From Eledone cirrhosa (Eukaryota): 64,000 nt of DNA. The stretch lies in NCBI GenBank assembly GCA_964016885.1, contig OZ024749.1:44826001-44890000 (forward strand), read 5' to 3'. Shown here piece after piece: positions 59,069 through 64,000 of this stretch. The translations under genes were made by a program, and so were the position numbers. The notes below the pieces were generated by a model. It saw only the letters and a list, made by a program, of their open reading frames with translations, had not been told where the DNA came from and searched no databases. The first letter of the stretch is position 1. Each line of letters begins with the position of its first letter.

Positions 59069-59410
59069 TTTCTTAATTAGCCACAGGGGCACAAAAGAAG
59101 GGGACAAATACAAAGGGGAAGTTTACATACAATAAAAACGAGTAAAATGTTATCACAAATGCAATTTAAAAAGTTAGTCGATTTTCCCCAATAGGGGGAG
59201 ACGGTTTATATGGGTAACACATACCCCCGAAAAAATGTGCAACCCTCATCTCCAGGAGTACGAAGAGTCTGTACTCCTTTCCTCTCCTCCTCCTTTTCCT
59301 CAACCTACAGGCTGATATAGAGAGAAGGCCCATTCACTCGGGCCATTCTCGCCACTTTCACCCACCTTTCATAAAACTTGCTGGGGTACAGCACCTCTCT
59401 CTCCATCCTG
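59069..59410 (-). mobile_element. 3' end of a probable L1/Tx1-like LINE within (GATA)n
   Basis: ORF end RMEREVLYPSKFYERWVKVARMARVNGPSLYISL* (59305-59409), a ~235-nt 3' UTR, and (GATA)n on both sides. Confidence 0.55.
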
Positions 59411-59421
59411 ATAGATAGATC

Positions 59422-59473
<52 letters not shown>

Positions 59474-59973
59474 CATAGATAGATAGACAGACAGATAGAT
59501 AGAAAACCTAGTAGACTATGTCACATGTATGTATATCATTTTGTCTAGTCTTAGGAGAATTAATATAAAGAACCGGAAGACATACTAAATTTGAAATATC
59601 TCTCTTTTCAACAATAATCTAATCTGAAGTATTCTATAGACGAAGAGACGAGGAACAAAAATTGATTTATAGAATGTCTTGATACATTTCCAATGAAAAT
59701 AAGATCTGCAAATAAAATCAACATTACAATTTTATAGCAGCTTCATAGGAATATGCTGTTGTTGAATATAGCTGAGTGTCTTGCTTCACAATCTTAATCT
59801 AGTTTCATGGTGTCTTCCCGCCAAAAACCTTGTTAAAATTTCGTTAGCGTTTCACAATCGGTCGATGTATGTCGCTTCTTCTCTCTATTGTTCTCCAGAA
59901 ACTTGGCAACGCGCAAGATGAAAACAAATAATGCTAGCAATATAAATATATATGTATATATAAATACGTACAT

Positions 59974-60023
<50 letters not shown>

Positions 60024-60028
60024 ACATA

Positions 60029-60100
<72 letters not shown>

Positions 60101-60233
60101 TATAAATTCATGTAGATATTTATATATATCTTCCTATCTATCTATCTATATGTATACATGAGACCGTTATTGTTCCAACCAGTTTAGGCACCTTCAACAA
60201 TCTCTCTCTTTACACACACACACGCACACACAG

Positions 60234-60308
<75 letters not shown>

Positions 60309-60519
60309 TGCATCTATACAAATGCAATTTTAACATAACAACAATCAGCATTATCTGATAAAGAACTCAATATATATATTAAGGTTAACCGCACATGTGT
60401 ATAGATAAATGCTTATGAATAGTATCACGTGTAACTGTTCGTGTATACGTGCTAGCATTAGTGTATATATTCATTTGGAATTCCTTCTGATTTTCTGTTT
60501 AAAATCAGCATACCTTGCG

Positions 60520-60727
<208 letters not shown>

Positions 60728-60737
60728 CGTGTGTGTG

Positions 60738-60771
<34 letters not shown>

Positions 60772-60819
60772 TACACACATATACATATACATATATATAT
60801 ATATATATATAATACATAC

Positions 60820-60852
<33 letters not shown>

Positions 60853-60861
60853 CACGCACAC

Positions 60862-60896
<35 letters not shown>

Positions 60897-60954
60897 CATA
60901 CATACATACATATATACATACATACATACATACATACATACATACATACATACA

Positions 60955-60990
<36 letters not shown>

Positions 60991-61470
60991 TATACATACA
61001 TTTATATCATTTTGTATAATCTAGATGGTGTTGAGTGTTTAATGGAATTAATATTTCCTCGCTGATATATTTCCACCTCAACGGATTTCTGGTTTTATTT
61101 CCGTTCGTCCGTTTATTTCAATGTATTGAAATGTTATGAAATTGATTTGCCTCGAAAGATCCACAACTGAAAATAAAGAAGACAATTATCTTGAACGTAT
61201 ATGTTCGAGACACATACTTTAAATATATACTCTTAAGTTAACACCCGCTTATACACATATACAAATATATGTGTGCACACTTCCATATTAAGAAATATAA
61301 ATCCACCTAGAGTAACATTCAAATATCTACACAGTCTCACTGAAATTATATAGACTTTGGAAAATAAGTCTTGTGTTTGTTTCCTTATTGCTCGGTATAT
61401 CTGTCTAGCTTTTTGCTCTATCTATTCAACTGATCATTTTAATCTTTCGATTCCATCCTTACACTTACAT

Positions 61471-61645
61471 ACACACATAAACATAGACATATAAACATAC
61501 TCACGCGCACACACATACTCGCACATACACACATAAACATAGACATATAAACATACTCACGCACACACACATACTCGCACATACACACATAAACATAGAC
61601 ATATAAACATACTCACACACACACATACTCGCACATACACACAAA
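61471..61645. repeat. ~54-bp tandem repeat, 3 copies
   Basis: CACACATAAACATAGACATATAAACATACTCAC...CATACTCGCACATA repeated. Confidence 0.85.
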
Positions 61646-62517
61646 CATATATATATATGCAGTCCGTGGAAACCTGCTTTGACCAGATGCCATAAATATA
61701 TGTAATTTCTTTATTATTTTAGCATACGTAACAGACATATCTCATAGACTGATTTTTTCTACACACCTCTTTTATCAGACATACACCTACCACCCTGACC
61801 TTCATACTCTTAGATTCTCCCTCTTTCTTCTACTATCTTCATAATATATTTTTAGTCAGTAATAGGTTTTTACAGCCATATATATTTCTGCCTTATCTCG
61901 ACTATTTATATGAAAATAAGATTGTTTATTTTTTCTCAGTTATTTCTATTTTCACTGTGATATTGCAAATAATTATTACGTCATCTATACAAATGGACTG
62001 TACTTTAACTTAATGGGACAATTGTTTTTACAGTGTCACCCTGAATCTCCCTGAAATTCTCGTTAAGTGTACACATAATCTGGCAATGGCTCAGCTAATT
62101 AGAAGTTATTTTCACATACAGGTTGTACCGTTCCTTTAACAAATCTCGGCGAAACCTATGGAAGTTTATCCACATGCACTTAATAATTATTTCAGTTAGA
62201 ACCTTAGGATTTTATAGTTTCCTGGTGCATTCCAGATGCATGTCTATTTCTCCAGCATGGTTATGTCTAGCGTTGATATGATCTGCCAAGAATATTCAGG
62301 TTGTATTCAATAACCTCGTCTTTGGTCTACTATGATTTATATTTTATTTTCAAATAGTTTTTAATAAATCATTTTTCATTAGTGTCTAACAATTCGTTTT
62401 GTTTTTGATTATCATTACAGCGATACGACGTGATACGACGAGATACGACGAGAATCGCTTCTTTTCTGCGTACTTCTATTTCGGGTACGCATTTTGTAAT
62501 TATTGTCATGTTAGTAA

Positions 62518-62938
62518 GGACGGTTGATTGGCAGTATCGGTAGAGGAACGGACGCCATGCTTTTCAACATAGAGTTACGACCCTTTATGATCTGAGTTCA
62601 AATCCCGTCGAAGTTAACTTTGCCTTTCATCCTTACAGGGTCGATAAAATAAAGTACCAGTCACGTACTGGGGTTTATTTAATCGACTTTCCCCTCCCCC
62701 AAAATTACTGGCCTTGTGCCTATACTAGAAATTATTATTACAACGAGAGGTGGATTGACAGTATCAGTACAGGGTCGGACGCCATGCTTTGCAGAAAAGA
62801 GTTACGGCTCTTCATGGTCTGAGTTCAAATCCCGCCCAGGTTAACTTTGCCTTTCATCCTTACAGGGTTGATAAAATAAAGTACCAGTAATACACTGGGT
62901 TAATTGCTGACCTTGTGCCAAAAGTAGAAACAATTATT
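62518..62938 (+). mobile_element. Nested SINE pair (long form 62518-62740, short form 62749-62938)
   Basis: Inner TSD ATTATTACAACGAGA at 62733-62747 and 62933-62947; outer direct repeat 62448-62517/62942-63000. Confidence 0.88.
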
Positions 62939-63504
62939 ACAACGAGAATTTCTTCTTTTCTGCGTACTTCTATTTCGGGTACGTATTTTTAGGTTAGTAA
63001 ATTTTTTAGTAATTCTTTCTCCGGGTTTCAATTGACGTTCGACTATTATTTTATTCAGGATTGTGAAAGAATTTCCATTGTATTTTTCTTTGTGTCTTCC
63101 CGTTGTTTGCCGTACAATTTTATAATATTATTCATGATAAAGACAATCTTTTTCAAGTCTTTGATGCCCAGGTTTGCGCTTTTTGTGTGTTATGTCTTTG
63201 TTAATTTCTATATTTCTATCGACAATATACATTTACGACAATAGGGAAATGTATTGATTTAACAAAGTTTATAGTAATTTCACCCGTCATATTATTGTCA
63301 TTTTCATATATACGACCTTTAGAATTTTCTATATATAAATATTTCTCTGATTTTCTCGTGTTAATATTTTCTTTATCTGTTCATTCTGGTCAGTCTTCTG
63401 TCCGTGACTAAGGTTTATTTATTATTCGTAAACTGACACCTTTTTACAGTATAATATTGACATTATTGATGAAGGTTAAACACACACACATATATATATT
63501 TATA

Positions 63505-63670
63505 AAGGAAAAGTGTCAGTACCGACAGTTGAGCTCCGGCCGTTTGGCGAAACGGTCGGAGCTCACCCGTCGCGGTCCTGACTCTTTTCCTATTACCCAC
63601 TTTACTACCCTAAGTATTTAGTATTTGGTGCGTTATGGTCCATCTTGTTCCTTACCACACTTCCTTCGTT
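63505..63670 (+). mobile_element. PLE-like fold-back cassette, family A2
   Basis: Imperfect palindrome centred just before GAAACGGTCGGAGCTCACCCGTC; extension to CCTTCGTT-(TA)n. Confidence 0.75.
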
Positions 63671-64000
63671 ATATATATATATATCCAGAAACAATCTAGC
63701 AATGACAACAATAACAAAAGAAAATCATTATACCTTTATTAAGTACCATCATTACTGAGAAAATTGAAAAAACAACAATACCAAAACGAGAAACAAACGC
63801 AAGAAAATAAATTCGTTAAACAAACAGAGGCCTCAAACAAATATAAACATATATATTTTTTTTTAATACGTAAAATCTATTTCTGTTAAAATTTGTTTAG
63901 TTACCATGGTGATAAACTATTTTAGATTAAATTCAAAGGACTACTTAGTTTTTAGATATTTTATCCTATTTTATTATTATTTCTTTTAATGAAGAAAATT

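Overview
AT-rich eukaryotic non-coding DNA saturated with (TA)n, (CA)n, (GA)n, (GATA)n and trinucleotide microsatellites. The SINE families and repeat load resemble an octopod cephalopod genome (inference). No protein-coding gene can be called with confidence: most supplied ORFs are microsatellite or repeat artefacts, and only a few isolated exon candidates exist. Recognisable content: ~19 copies of one tRNA-headed SINE (several with TSDs, some in tandem or inverted pairs), older SINEs, a mariner-type MITE, CR1-, RTE- and Tx1-like LINE fragments, and a 25-bp G-rich minisatellite. The most striking signal is about six distinct families of short cassettes, all in or next to (TA)n. They carry minimal type I hammerhead ribozymes (CUGANGA...GAAA, palindromic stem III) or only the 3' half of one. 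Most share a fold-back architecture of a long arm with a unique extension plus a short inverted arm, and the inversion point repeatedly falls in or near hammerhead stem II. This matches Penelope-like element (PLE) pLTR relics, but no RT ORF is present. All structures were read by eye and are untested.
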